In this document: piece by piece, positions 10,150 to 19,620 of the stretch | Layout of the letters: each line of letters opens with the position of its first letter | Position numbering within the stretch: position 1 is the stretch's first letter | Source: a bacterium | Lineage (GTDB): Bacteria; Margulisbacteria; WOR-1; O2-12-FULL-45-9; XYB2-FULL-48-7 | DNA: 64,000 bases | Assembly: GCA_043812655.1 (NCBI GenBank) | Contig: JBDRLW010000044.1 | Span: 32,001-96,000 of the forward strand | Reading direction: 5' to 3' | The notes under the pieces: model-generated | Databases searched by the model: none | What the model was told of the DNA's origin: nothing | The model's input: the letters and a program-made list of their open reading frames with translations, nothing else | Made by a program: the position numbers and the translations under genes

Positions 10150-11496
10150 ATGAAATCTAAATGGCTTATACCTTCATTGTTCATTGTTTCATTGTTAATT
10201 GTGTCATCATCGTTAACAGGTTGCGCTCCAGCCAAGAAAGCCGGCAGCAAAAAGATCGTTGAAATGTGGGTCATGCCGAACTCGCTTAATCCGGTGACCG
10301 ACATCGAGGAGCTATTAAAACCTTTTGAGGAAAAGACCGGGATCAAAGTCAAGATCACTTCCGTCGACTGGGGAGCCGGTTGGAGCAAGATTACTACCGC
10401 CGCTACCTCGGGCGACGTCCCCGACATAGCCCAGCTCGGTTCAACCTGGGTTTCGGCTATCGCCGGCATGGGGGCGCTCGAAGTCCTTTCCAAAGAAGCG
10501 ATCGCGTCGCTTGGCGGCTCACAAGCCTTTGTTCCAGTTTCCTGGATAACTACCGGCATCGAGGGCTCCGGTAAAACCTCGGCCGTTCCCTGGTTTGTTG
10601 ATGCCAGGGGCCTATTTTACCGGACCGACGCTTTTGCCAAAGCCGGCGTCACCGATAAAGAATTCACTTGGGATTCTTTTAAGGTCGCTTTAAAGAAGGT
10701 CTACGCGGCCGATATCGTCCTTAATGACCAACCGATGGCTCCCCTTGGCATCTCCGGTAAAAATGATTGGAACGTTATCCACTCCCTCGCCCCCTGGATC
10801 TGGATGGCCGGCGGTGATTTTCTTTCTAAAGACCGTAAAACCTGCGTCCTCGACAGCGAAGAAGTTTTTAATGGCATCTCTTACTATCTAAGCCTGGTTA
10901 GAGAAGGCTATGTCCCGGCGGAATATTTAGAATTTAATACCGCCCAGGTTAGCGGTAATTTTAACAGCGGCGCTTGCGCCATGTATTTTGACGGGCCATA
11001 TGAGATCAGGACCCTAACCCGACCAGTCTCCGAAGGCGGCGCGGCGGATTCACCAGCCGCTAAAAACTTTGCTCTTATGGGTTATCCCAAAGGACCAAAG
11101 GGACGGATAACTTTTGTCGGTGGTTCAAGCTTAGCTATTTTCAAGCAAGCCAAGAACAAGGCGGCAGCGTTTGAAGTCATTAAATACTTAACTTCTATAA
11201 AACCGCAAGTTGAATATGCCAAAGCGACCGGCTTCTTGCCGGCCCGCAAAGAAGCTTTCTCTGATCCCTACTTTGCCAATGATCCGAACCGGAAAGTCTT
11301 TAAAGATGCTGTTTTCTACGGTAAAACTTACCCCTCCATCCCTACTTGGGGACTGCTTGAGCCAATTTTAACCAGACGGTTTGGGATAATGTGGGATTAT
11401 GTCACTTCTGGTAAAGAGTACAAACCAGAAGAAATTAGAAATCAGCTGAAATTAGCCAAAAAAGAAGTCGAATCAATATTGAACCAAAACAATTAA
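10150..11496 (+). CDS. ABC-type sugar-binding lipoprotein
   Basis: Lipobox LTGC; PDIAQLGSTW, VPWFVDAR, GGSSLAIF. Confidence 0.85.
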   Translation: MKSKWLIPSLFIVSLLIVSSSLTGCAPAKKAGSKKIVEMWVMPNSLNPVTDIEELLKPFEEKTGIKVKITSVDWGAGWSKITTAATSGDVPDIAQLGSTWVSAIAGMGALEVLSKEAIASLGGSQAFVPVSWITTGIEGSGKTSAVPWFVDARGLFYRTDAFAKAGVTDKEFTWDSFKVALKKVYAADIVLNDQPMAPLGISGKNDWNVIHSLAPWIWMAGGDFLSKDRKTCVLDSEEVFNGISYYLSLVREGYVPAEYLEFNTAQVSGNFNSGACAMYFDGPYEIRTLTRPVSEGGAADSPAAKNFALMGYPKGPKGRITFVGGSSLAIFKQAKNKAAAFEVIKYLTSIKPQVEYAKATGFLPARKEAFSDPYFANDPNRKVFKDAVFYGKTYPSIPTWGLLEPILTRRFGIMWDYVTSGKEYKPEEIRNQLKLAKKEVESILNQNN

Positions 11497-11499
11497 TAT

Positions 11500-13329
11500 A
11501 TGTGCGGCATTTTTGGTTATATCGGGGCTAAAGAGGCCCTCCCCTTCCTCATGGAAGGGTTAAAGAAGCTTGAGTATCGCGGTTATGATTCAGCCGGCGT
11601 TGCTACGATTAATGGGGGAGCCCTTTTAGTCAGTAAATGCGTCGGGAAGATCGCTGACTTAGAGATCTGTACCACCGAAAACCCCATTAAAGGGAGCGTC
11701 GGTGTTGGTCATACCAGATGGGCAACCCACGGCCAACCATCGCACAAAAATTCCCATCCTCATGAAGATTGCAGATCAAAACTCGTTGTTGTCCATAATG
11801 GTATAATCGAGAATTATTTAGAACTTAGGCAAGAACTTATTGCCAGAGGGCACAATTTCCGCTCCGATACAGACACCGAGGTCTTAGCCCATCTAATCGA
11901 GGAAAAATATAACGGGAATTTACTTTCCGCGGTCAGGGAAGCCCTTCTAATGGTTCGGGGTTCATATGCCCTAGCCGTTATTTCCGAGCATGAACCAAAC
12001 AAGATCGTCGCCGCCAGGTTTGGCAGTCCGCTGATCGTGGGACACGGTGACGAAGAAAATTTCTTATCTTCCGATATACCCGCCCTTCTTAAATATACCA
12101 GCAAGATCACCCACCTGGAAAACGGGGAAATGGCGGAAATTACTCCGGAAAGGACCAAGATTTACGGCCTCTCCGGCAAGTTGACTAAGAAAAAATCTTC
12201 TCTTATTTCCTGGGATCCGGAATCGGCGGAAAAAGGGGGCTACACCCACTTTATGCTCAAGGAGATCCACGAGCAACCGAGCGCCATCCGCAAAACGATC
12301 GATGGCCGCGTCTCGGCCGCCAGCCATAAGATCCATTTTGATGAATTAAAGCTGACCGACGAAGAGATCAAGAAAGTTAATCGCGTTATTTTTACCGCTT
12401 GCGGGACTTCTTGGCACGCCGGGCTTGTTGGCGAATACCTATTTGAACAATTAGCCAAACTCCCGACCGAAGTAGAATACGCCGCTGAATTCCGTTACCG
12501 CAATCCGATCATTGATGAAAATACTTTGGTCATCGCAATTACCCAATCGGGCGAAACGGCCGATACGCTGGCCGCGGTCTGGGAAGCCAAGGAACGGGGA
12601 GCCAAAACGATCGCCATTTGCAACGTGGTCGGCTCAACTATCGCCAGGGAAGCCGACGGCGTCGTCTACACTAATGCCGGCCCGGAGATCGGGGTCGCTT
12701 CAACCAAAGCTTTTACGACCCAGTTAACGGTTATTTATCTTCTCGCTATACTTTTTGGCAAAAGGCGGGAACTGATCAGCGAAACAGAATCATTAAAATA
12801 CATCAGCGACTTAATTGAGATCCCGGAGAAGATCGAACAAACGCTGGAACAGGAAAAAGAGGTCGAGAAAGTCGCTGAAAAATTCTATGGCGTAAGCAAT
12901 GCCTTGTATCTGGGCCGCGGCAAAGGCTTCCCGATCGCCCTGGAAGGGGCCTTAAAGTTAAAGGAAGTCTCTTATATCCATGCCGAAGGTTATCCCGCCG
13001 CTGAAATGAAGCATGGGCCGATCGCCCTGATCGACAAGAACATGCCGGTTGTCGTTCTAGCCTTTTCCGGCCGCCGTTACGAAAAGACTTTGGGAAACAT
13101 TGAAGAAGTTAAGGCTCGAGGCGGCCAGGTGATCGCCGTCGCCACTCAAGGCGATACTTTGATCGCCAGCCGGGCGGACAATGTCCTCTCTATACCTTCA
13201 ACCTCTGAAGCCCTCTCCCCCTTGCTGGCCGTCATCCCACTCCAGCTCCTGGCCTACTACATCGCCGTCAAACGCGGTTGTCACGTCGACCAACCCCGCA
13301 ACCTCGCTAAAAGCGTTACTGTCGAATAA
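11500..13329 (+). CDS. glmS: Glutamine--fructose-6-phosphate aminotransferase
   Basis: MCGIFG, LEYRGYDSAG, HTRWATHG, PRNLAKSVTVE. Confidence 0.97.
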   Translation: MCGIFGYIGAKEALPFLMEGLKKLEYRGYDSAGVATINGGALLVSKCVGKIADLEICTTENPIKGSVGVGHTRWATHGQPSHKNSHPHEDCRSKLVVVHNGIIENYLELRQELIARGHNFRSDTDTEVLAHLIEEKYNGNLLSAVREALLMVRGSYALAVISEHEPNKIVAARFGSPLIVGHGDEENFLSSDIPALLKYTSKITHLENGEMAEITPERTKIYGLSGKLTKKKSSLISWDPESAEKGGYTHFMLKEIHEQPSAIRKTIDGRVSAASHKIHFDELKLTDEEIKKVNRVIFTACGTSWHAGLVGEYLFEQLAKLPTEVEYAAEFRYRNPIIDENTLVIAITQSGETADTLAAVWEAKERGAKTIAICNVVGSTIAREADGVVYTNAGPEIGVASTKAFTTQLTVIYLLAILFGKRRELISETESLKYISDLIEIPEKIEQTLEQEKEVEKVAEKFYGVSNALYLGRGKGFPIALEGALKLKEVSYIHAEGYPAAEMKHGPIALIDKNMPVVVLAFSGRRYEKTLGNIEEVKARGGQVIAVATQGDTLIASRADNVLSIPSTSEALSPLLAVIPLQLLAYYIAVKRGCHVDQPRNLAKSVTVE

Positions 13330-13351
13330 TTATTGGTGATATAATATCTTC

Positions 13352-16300
13352 ATGCAGAAGCCTAAATACTATCTATCAAAAACCGGCGATTTTGTCATTG
13401 AGAACTACAATCATGCACCGACCTTTTCCAGCTTCTTTTCCGGCATTGCCGGCGTCTACGGCTGTCCAATGTGGATCTTTTATACTAACCGCGGGCAATG
13501 CATCGCCTCGGCCGGGATCCAGGACAAAGATGGGGCGATCATCGAGTTCCAGCCGGCGAATAAAGCTTACCGCGGGGTCTCTCTAACTGGCTTTCGTACT
13601 TTTCTCAAGGTTGACGGCGTCTTTTATGAGCCATTCAATGAAACCTCCCTTTATCACAAAGAAATGAAGATCTCTTTCCCTGACTTAAAGATCATCGAAA
13701 CCAACCCAAAATTAAAGATCAAGGTCGAAGTCACCTACTTCACCATTCCCAATGCCTCTTTCCCTGCCCTGGCCAGGGTCTTAAAGGTCACCAATTTATC
13801 GACCAAGAAAAGACAGATCGAGGTAATAGACGGCCTCCCCGTCATTATCCCTTATGGTTTCAGCAATGACCTATTAAAACGGATCAGCCAGACGATCGAA
13901 GCCTGGTGCGCGGTGGAAAACATTGAGAACAATGCGCCTTTCTATCGTTTAAAGATCATGCCTGTCGACGCCGCGGAAACCAAGTTCCTGGAAAAAGGCA
14001 ATTTTTTCTTCTCCTTTGCCCGGCAAGACCAGCAACAACAGCCGGTCAAGATCATCATTAACCCGGCGCTGGTTTTTGGCGAAAATTCCAGCCTGGAATC
14101 GCCCGATAGCTTTGTGCATAACAAAAACTATAAAGTAGCCTCTAACCAGCTGACCTGCGGTTACACCCCCTGCGCTTTTGCCTTTAAAAAGTTTGAGCTG
14201 GATAAAAATGAGCCAGCGGAGATATTTTCCCTGCTAGGACAGGCAGAGAGCCTGCAAAAGCTGGAAAATATTAAAAAACAAGCTTCCGAGCCGCGATTTT
14301 TTGAAACCAAACACGCGGAAAACGAAAAATTGATCAGCGACCTATGTTCTTTTGCCAAGACAAACAGCGCCTCGAAAAAATTCGATCTTTACACCCAACA
14401 AACTTTTATTGATAATACCATGCGCGGCGGTTTCCCGATCAATATCGGGAGCAAGGTTTTTTATACTTATTACCGCAAGCATGGCGACATGGAGCGCGAT
14501 TACAACGAATTCCGGTTAATGCCGACTTATTTCTCGCAGGGGAACGGGAATTACCGCGATATTAACCAGAACCGCCGCAACGATATTTTTACCAATCCGA
14601 ACGTCAATTCCAGTAATATCCACCGCTTCTTTAATTTGCTCCAACTGGACGGTTTTAATCCCTTGGTCGTTTTTGGGAGCAAATATTATTTAGCTTCGCT
14701 GGATAAAGCCCAGGCTATTACCAATAAACATTTTCATTTTTCCTCCCCCCAACAAACTAACCAACTAACCAACAAACTAACTAATCCCTTCGTTCTAGGG
14801 CAATTATTGAAAGAATTAGAAGACTCTGGCGTCACTTTTAAGGCTTCGCGCGAAGACTTTGTCACCGACCTGATCGAAAATTCGATCAAAGACGAAGGGG
14901 CGATTCACGGTGAAGGTTTTTGGACCGACCATTTCACTTATAATCTCGACCTACTGGAAAGTTATGAGGCGGTTTTCCCGGATAAAATAAACTACCTCCT
15001 TTTCCAGGAAAAAACTTTTACTTTTTTTGACAATAGCTTCATCGTTCTCCCCAGAAAAACCAAATACCACCAGGTCAACGGCCATCTGCGCCAATTGGAA
15101 GGGGTTAAAGAAGACGCGGAAAAAAGGAAGCTTATTGAAGGCCGAAAACAAAATGCTCATCTTGTCCGGACAGACCAAGGCAATGGTAAAGTCTACTATA
15201 CGACGCTGGCCGCTAAACTGCTCTGTTTGATCGCCAATAAAGCTTGTTCCTTTGATGCCGAAGGGATCGGGATCGAAATGGAGGCCGACAAGCCCAATTG
15301 GTATGATGCTTTGAACGGTCTTCCCGCCCTCTTTGGCTCTTCCCTGTCGGAAACGCTTGAGCTAAAAAGGCTTTGCCTCTATCTGCTGGAACGCCTGGCC
15401 GGGGATACAAAGATACTTTTAGCGACAGAAATTAAAGCTTTTATTGATAAGATCAGCGGCCATTTAGATAATTGGGAAGCCGCCCACCAAAGCAAAGAAA
15501 CTTTTAGGGAACAAATTAAATTCGGCGTTAGCGGAAAAGAAGAGTTTGTTGATGTGAAGTTCATTAGGAGCTTTGTCACCCGAGCTTTGGAAAAGTGCGA
15601 CAACGGCATTAAGAAATGTTTAAGCCGATACAATAATTATTACACCTATTTTATTAACGAAGCGGTCGAGTTTGAAAAGACCGCAGACGGGGTCATCGTT
15701 AAAAAGTTCACGCAAAAACCGCTCCCTCTTTTTCTGGAGGGGTTCGTCCACGCCTTAAAGGTCGAAAAGGATAAAAAGATCCATCAAGTAGTTAAAAACA
15801 GCCCTCTCTATGACCGCAAACTTAAAATGTATAAGGTCAACGCGCCGCTCGATTCCGCTCCGCTGGAGATCGGCCGGGCCCGGATCTTTGTTCCCGGCTG
15901 GTTGGAGAATGAATCGATCTGGCTCCATATGGAATATAAATATATGCTGGAGTTGTTGAAGGCCGGCATGTATAAAGAATTTTTTGAGGGGTTCAAACAG
16001 GTCTTTGTCCCCTTTATGGACCCTAAGGTCTATAAACGGAGTATTTTTGAAAACTCATCTTTTATCGTTAGCAGCGCCAATCCAAATAAAGGCAACCACG
16101 GGCGGGGCTTTGTCGCCCGGCTTTCCGGCGGCGCGGCCGAGTTCATCGATATCTGGCTAATTTTGACCTCCGGCAAAAAGATCTTTTACCTTGATGCCAG
16201 CGGAAAACTTTGTTTTAAATTATCACCCAGCCTCCCCACCTGGCTCTTTAAGAACGGTAAGTTCAGCTTTAATTTATTGGGAGCGATCGAGGTAGTATAT

Positions 16301-16468
16301 ATTAACAAGAAAAAGAAGAATACTTTTGACGGCGGTGTTGTTCCCGTCGCTTATAAGCTAACCATTGATGGTAAAGAGGTCGACATTAATTCCCCGTATA
16401 TCTGTGAGCCATACTCCCGGCTGATCCGCGAGAAAAAAGTCCAAAGAATCGTCGTTACACTTTCTTAG
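13352..16468 (+). CDS. Large glycoside phosphorylase, GH161-like (putative beta-1,3-glucan phosphorylase)
   Basis: 1038 aa; FSSFFSGIAG..PMWIFYTNRGQ, RKHGDMERDYN, QGNGNYRDINQNRR, WYDALNGLP, GWLENESIWLHMEYKY. Confidence 0.7.
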   Translation: MQKPKYYLSKTGDFVIENYNHAPTFSSFFSGIAGVYGCPMWIFYTNRGQCIASAGIQDKDGAIIEFQPANKAYRGVSLTGFRTFLKVDGVFYEPFNETSLYHKEMKISFPDLKIIETNPKLKIKVEVTYFTIPNASFPALARVLKVTNLSTKKRQIEVIDGLPVIIPYGFSNDLLKRISQTIEAWCAVENIENNAPFYRLKIMPVDAAETKFLEKGNFFFSFARQDQQQQPVKIIINPALVFGENSSLESPDSFVHNKNYKVASNQLTCGYTPCAFAFKKFELDKNEPAEIFSLLGQAESLQKLENIKKQASEPRFFETKHAENEKLISDLCSFAKTNSASKKFDLYTQQTFIDNTMRGGFPINIGSKVFYTYYRKHGDMERDYNEFRLMPTYFSQGNGNYRDINQNRRNDIFTNPNVNSSNIHRFFNLLQLDGFNPLVVFGSKYYLASLDKAQAITNKHFHFSSPQQTNQLTNKLTNPFVLGQLLKELEDSGVTFKASREDFVTDLIENSIKDEGAIHGEGFWTDHFTYNLDLLESYEAVFPDKINYLLFQEKTFTFFDNSFIVLPRKTKYHQVNGHLRQLEGVKEDAEKRKLIEGRKQNAHLVRTDQGNGKVYYTTLAAKLLCLIANKACSFDAEGIGIEMEADKPNWYDALNGLPALFGSSLSETLELKRLCLYLLERLAGDTKILLATEIKAFIDKISGHLDNWEAAHQSKETFREQIKFGVSGKEEFVDVKFIRSFVTRALEKCDNGIKKCLSRYNNYYTYFINEAVEFEKTADGVIVKKFTQKPLPLFLEGFVHALKVEKDKKIHQVVKNSPLYDRKLKMYKVNAPLDSAPLEIGRARIFVPGWLENESIWLHMEYKYMLELLKAGMYKEFFEGFKQVFVPFMDPKVYKRSIFENSSFIVSSANPNKGNHGRGFVARLSGGAAEFIDIWLILTSGKKIFYLDASGKLCFKLSPSLPTWLFKNGKFSFNLLGAIEVVYINKKKKNTFDGGVVPVAYKLTIDGKEVDINSPYICEPYSRLIREKKVQRIVVTLS

Positions 16469-16490
16469 CTTCTTTTGCTATAATTACGGC

Positions 16491-18254
16491 ATGATCCCTT
16501 TTGGAGTAACCTATTATCCTGACCAGTGGCCGGAAAAGACCTGGGATAACACATTCCGGCAGATCAAAGAAGCCGGTCTTAATATTATCCGCTTTAATGA
16601 AATGGCTTGGGACCAGATCGAACCCGAGCCAGGGAAATATAGCTTTGCCGCCCTTGACCATGCCCTCGACCTCTGCCAAAAACACGAAATTAAAGTCTTG
16701 CTTGGCATCCCAACGTCTCAAGTGCCCCCGTGGTTCTATCGTCTTTATCCGAATAGCCGGCCGGTCACCCAAGATGGCGCCCTTTACCCTGAATTTGGAC
16801 CACGGCCGAATGTTTGCAAAGATAATACAGCTTACCGAAAACACGCCGAAAAACTAACTAAAGAAATTGTTTCTCGATATAAAAATCATCCAGCGCTTTT
16901 ATACTGGCAGGTCGATAATGAGCCGGTCTACCCGCCGCTTGACCACACGACCAGCAACGATTATTGCCATTGTGAAGAGACCAGGCAGGCTTTTATCGCC
17001 TGGGCTAAGAAGAAATATGGGACGCTTGATAAAATAAACGAGGTTTGGGGGAATAAGTTTTGGACTAATACCCTCTCTTCTTTTGATGACATTAGAACTC
17101 CCAAGGCTGGCATTTGGGAAGCGGTTTCCCCCCACATTTTTCTGGACTGGTTCCGGTTTAAAACTGACAGCATTAAAAACTGGATCGGCCATTTGGCTAA
17201 TATTGTTAGAGATATCGATCCAAACCATAAGGTCGGCACCAATGGCTTCGTCGGTATTTGCACCCGGGTCCCTGATCATAGTATTGTGGCCGGCGATCTT
17301 GATTGGTATGGACTGGATGTCTATCCCAAAGGCGGTAAGATGAGCCCAGAGGCCTTGGCCTTTACGCTCGATCTCTGGCGCAGTTTCACTCGCGGGAAAA
17401 AAGCCGAATTCCATGTCACTGAAATGCAAGGCGGCCAAAATGTCCGCTGGGGCTGCCCCGATTATGTTGAAGGACCAGAAATAAAAGGCTGGACCACTGC
17501 CGCTTTCGAGCATGGCGCCCAAGCTCTTCTCTATCACGCCTGGCGCCCTCCCCTTTTCGGCGCCGAAACCGGCGGCTTCGGCATCCTCAAAACCGATGGC
17601 TCTTCTACTAAGCGACTTGAAACGATTAAAGCACTTGCGAAACAAACTCCGAACTCCCAACTCCGAACTCCCAACTCTTCTCGCACCGCCATAGCGTACC
17701 TCCGCACCGCCGAAGTCCAAACCTACCAAGAACAAGGGCCAGCCCGGGGGATCTCCGGCCAATGGGAAGCGGTCAGGAGTGAGATTGGCTTGATGTATGG
17801 TCTCTTTTCGGTCAATGGCGCTTATTCTCTCGTCTACAAGAAAGGCCAGCTGATCGATTTTATTTTCGAGCAAGATCTGGAGATCGGGAACTTTGACTAT
17901 AAAACTCTCCTACTCCCCAACCCCTACACCCTATCTCTCTCTCAATATAAAAATCTAAAATCTTTTGTCGAAAACGGCGGTACGTTAATTACCGACGCCA
18001 GGTTCGGTCAAAAAACCGAAAACGCGCACCTTTATCTAAAGCCGCTAATTGAAGATCTGCTTGGTGTTACTTATGACCATGGTGAAGTCATTAAAGAAGG
18101 TTTCCTTGACATCATTAAAGGCTATACCAAAAAACCTCAGCTCATTACCAAAAAAGTAGGCAAGGGAAAAGTCGTTTATGCTAACTTTAGTCTATTCCTC
18201 GCCATTAACCAAGGCAGTAAAAAGTGGTTAACTGCGGTAAAAAAGTATCTGTAA
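16491..18254 (+). CDS. GH42-like beta-galactosidase/glycoside hydrolase
   Basis: GVTYYPDQW, WDQIEPEPGKY, WQVDNEP (acid/base), CHC, TEMQ (nucleophile). Confidence 0.8.
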   Translation: MIPFGVTYYPDQWPEKTWDNTFRQIKEAGLNIIRFNEMAWDQIEPEPGKYSFAALDHALDLCQKHEIKVLLGIPTSQVPPWFYRLYPNSRPVTQDGALYPEFGPRPNVCKDNTAYRKHAEKLTKEIVSRYKNHPALLYWQVDNEPVYPPLDHTTSNDYCHCEETRQAFIAWAKKKYGTLDKINEVWGNKFWTNTLSSFDDIRTPKAGIWEAVSPHIFLDWFRFKTDSIKNWIGHLANIVRDIDPNHKVGTNGFVGICTRVPDHSIVAGDLDWYGLDVYPKGGKMSPEALAFTLDLWRSFTRGKKAEFHVTEMQGGQNVRWGCPDYVEGPEIKGWTTAAFEHGAQALLYHAWRPPLFGAETGGFGILKTDGSSTKRLETIKALAKQTPNSQLRTPNSSRTAIAYLRTAEVQTYQEQGPARGISGQWEAVRSEIGLMYGLFSVNGAYSLVYKKGQLIDFIFEQDLEIGNFDYKTLLLPNPYTLSLSQYKNLKSFVENGGTLITDARFGQKTENAHLYLKPLIEDLLGVTYDHGEVIKEGFLDIIKGYTKKPQLITKKVGKGKVVYANFSLFLAINQGSKKWLTAVKKYL

Positions 18255-18471
18255 TTTTCTGGGTCGGAAGTCAATTGGTTGAGCGACTGGAATTGTCTAA
18301 AGTCGATGGTTATTGGTCTATCGACAACCCACTAACTACCTTTCTAGCTGCCCAACCCATCAACCTATCTCCTAAGACAAAAGAAATAAGAAGAAAATAT
18401 TTCCAACAAAAAACCTCCGAACCCCGATGCTCACTTCGTTCGATCGGGGCAAGCAGGCTTGGACAGATAAC

Positions 18472-18500
18472 AAAAAACCCTTGAACAGGCTCAAGGGTTT
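18472..18500 (-). terminator. Intrinsic terminator hairpin
   Basis: AAACCCTTGA-6nt-TCAAGGGTTT followed by a T-run on the minus strand. Confidence 0.75.
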
Positions 18501-18549
18501 AGTTGTCTCGACAATCTTGGTGAAAGGTATGGTCTTCTCTTCCATATAT

Positions 18550-18577
18550 ATATCGGCTCATTTTGGAGAAAATTTCA
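18550..18577 (-). promoter_or_regulatory. Putative alternative-sigma promoter TGAAA-N17-CGATAT
   Basis: Minus strand GTGAAATTTTCTCCAAAATGAGCCGATAT; same spacing at 19533-19560 and 24629-24656. Confidence 0.55.
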
Positions 18578-18603
18578 CTCTTTTTTAGAACCCTCTTAGG
18601 TTA

Positions 18604-19497
18604 TTAAAGGCTAACGATCGCTTCTTCCGCAGCTTGCTCCAATCTTCCAATCCTTCTTCCCTCCACCAGCGCGTCAACATCTATCGACAAAAGCCTAACC
18701 CCTTGTTCGCTGTCATGTTGTTGGCCTCCTCCAGCATTCAGGCTTATCGTAAAGCGGTTAACTATAGACCAAGGAAGATACTCACCTCCAGCAAAAGGCC
18801 CATCATGCACATGGCCAGCTAAATGAAGCAGAGGTTTTTGTGTCCGGATAAAATTTAATACATCGGAGCTCCCTTGTGACTGTCCTTTGAATTGGTCGAC
18901 ATGGCCAAAGGCCGGCATATGAGTCATTAATACCGCGCTTGCCCACTCATTTGGCTGCCAGGAATTTGTAGCGGTTAAAAGATCACCTAATACCAGTTTA
19001 AAAGCTTCAGCGGAGATTATGCCACCATACCAAGGATTATATTGAAGGATACGGCTGGCATTCTCATCGTTGGGAGTGATCGCTCCAGCACCTAAAAGAT
19101 AAAGTGAATTAACGTCAGAGACCTTGCCATCGAGGCATTGGAATGGCCCACTAGCAACCCCCAAACCAGCCAACTGAACATAGGCGAGAAAATCGGCATT
19201 TCCTGGAACTATATAAACTGGTAAGCCCTTGGGGATTGAAGCCAGAAGCGGCTTCATCCATTGATCGACCACTTCCCAACTGATCTTCCCTCTCTCCTTG
19301 ACTTCATTTTCGGTCAAAGGTCTTGCGATCATCGGATTCCAGATCGGACCGCCAACCAGGGTAAATGTGTCGCTAGTTAAGCAAACCGCGGCAGTATGAG
19401 CCGGCAGTTTGTTTATTTTATTTCCGAAGCTCCCCAACCGTACACGTGTTTCAGGTGCCCCCAAATGTAAATCCGTAACATAAGCAATCCTTCCCAT
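18604..19497 (-). CDS. Calcineurin-like metallophosphoesterase
   Basis: TDLH, GNAD, THMP, GHVH; SD AAGGAGG. Confidence 0.75.
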   Translation of the reverse strand: MGRIAYVTDLHLGAPETRVRLGSFGNKINKLPAHTAAVCLTSDTFTLVGGPIWNPMIARPLTENEVKERGKISWEVVDQWMKPLLASIPKGLPVYIVPGNADFLAYVQLAGLGVASGPFQCLDGKVSDVNSLYLLGAGAITPNDENASRILQYNPWYGGIISAEAFKLVLGDLLTATNSWQPNEWASAVLMTHMPAFGHVDQFKGQSQGSSDVLNFIRTQKPLLHLAGHVHDGPFAGGEYLPWSIVNRFTISLNAGGGQQHDSEQGVRLLSIDVDALVEGRRIGRLEQAAEEAIVSL

Positions 19498-19532
19498 AAT
19501 AAATCCCTCCTTGAATTTTTTCCTACACTTTT

Positions 19533-19560
19533 ACATCCTTCTCTTCTCCAACAAATTTCA
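19533..19560 (-). promoter_or_regulatory. Putative alternative-sigma promoter
   Basis: TGAAATTTGTTGGAGAAGAGAAGGATGT (TGAAA-N17-GGATGT). Confidence 0.45.
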
Positions 19561-19620
19561 CTCAATTTTAAGAATATGGTAAAATAGTAGTAATTCCAAA
19601 GACAAGAAAGAGGTAAACAA

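Noticed and set aside
11490..11500. glmS ribozyme
   Set aside because: Only 3 nt separate glmS from the upstream gene.
16899..17873. 324-aa antisense ORF
   Set aside because: Lies entirely opposite the GH42-like gene and has no motifs; a shadow ORF like most short overlapping ORFs in the track.
18224..18484. 86-aa plus-strand ORF
   Set aside because: No SD or motif; it crosses hairpin and repeat sequence.
18570..19563. AAATTTCACTC direct repeat flanking the phosphoesterase as a target-site duplication
   Set aside because: Better explained as the upstream box of the recurring promoter motif, which also occurs at 24629 with the same spacing; not fully excluded.
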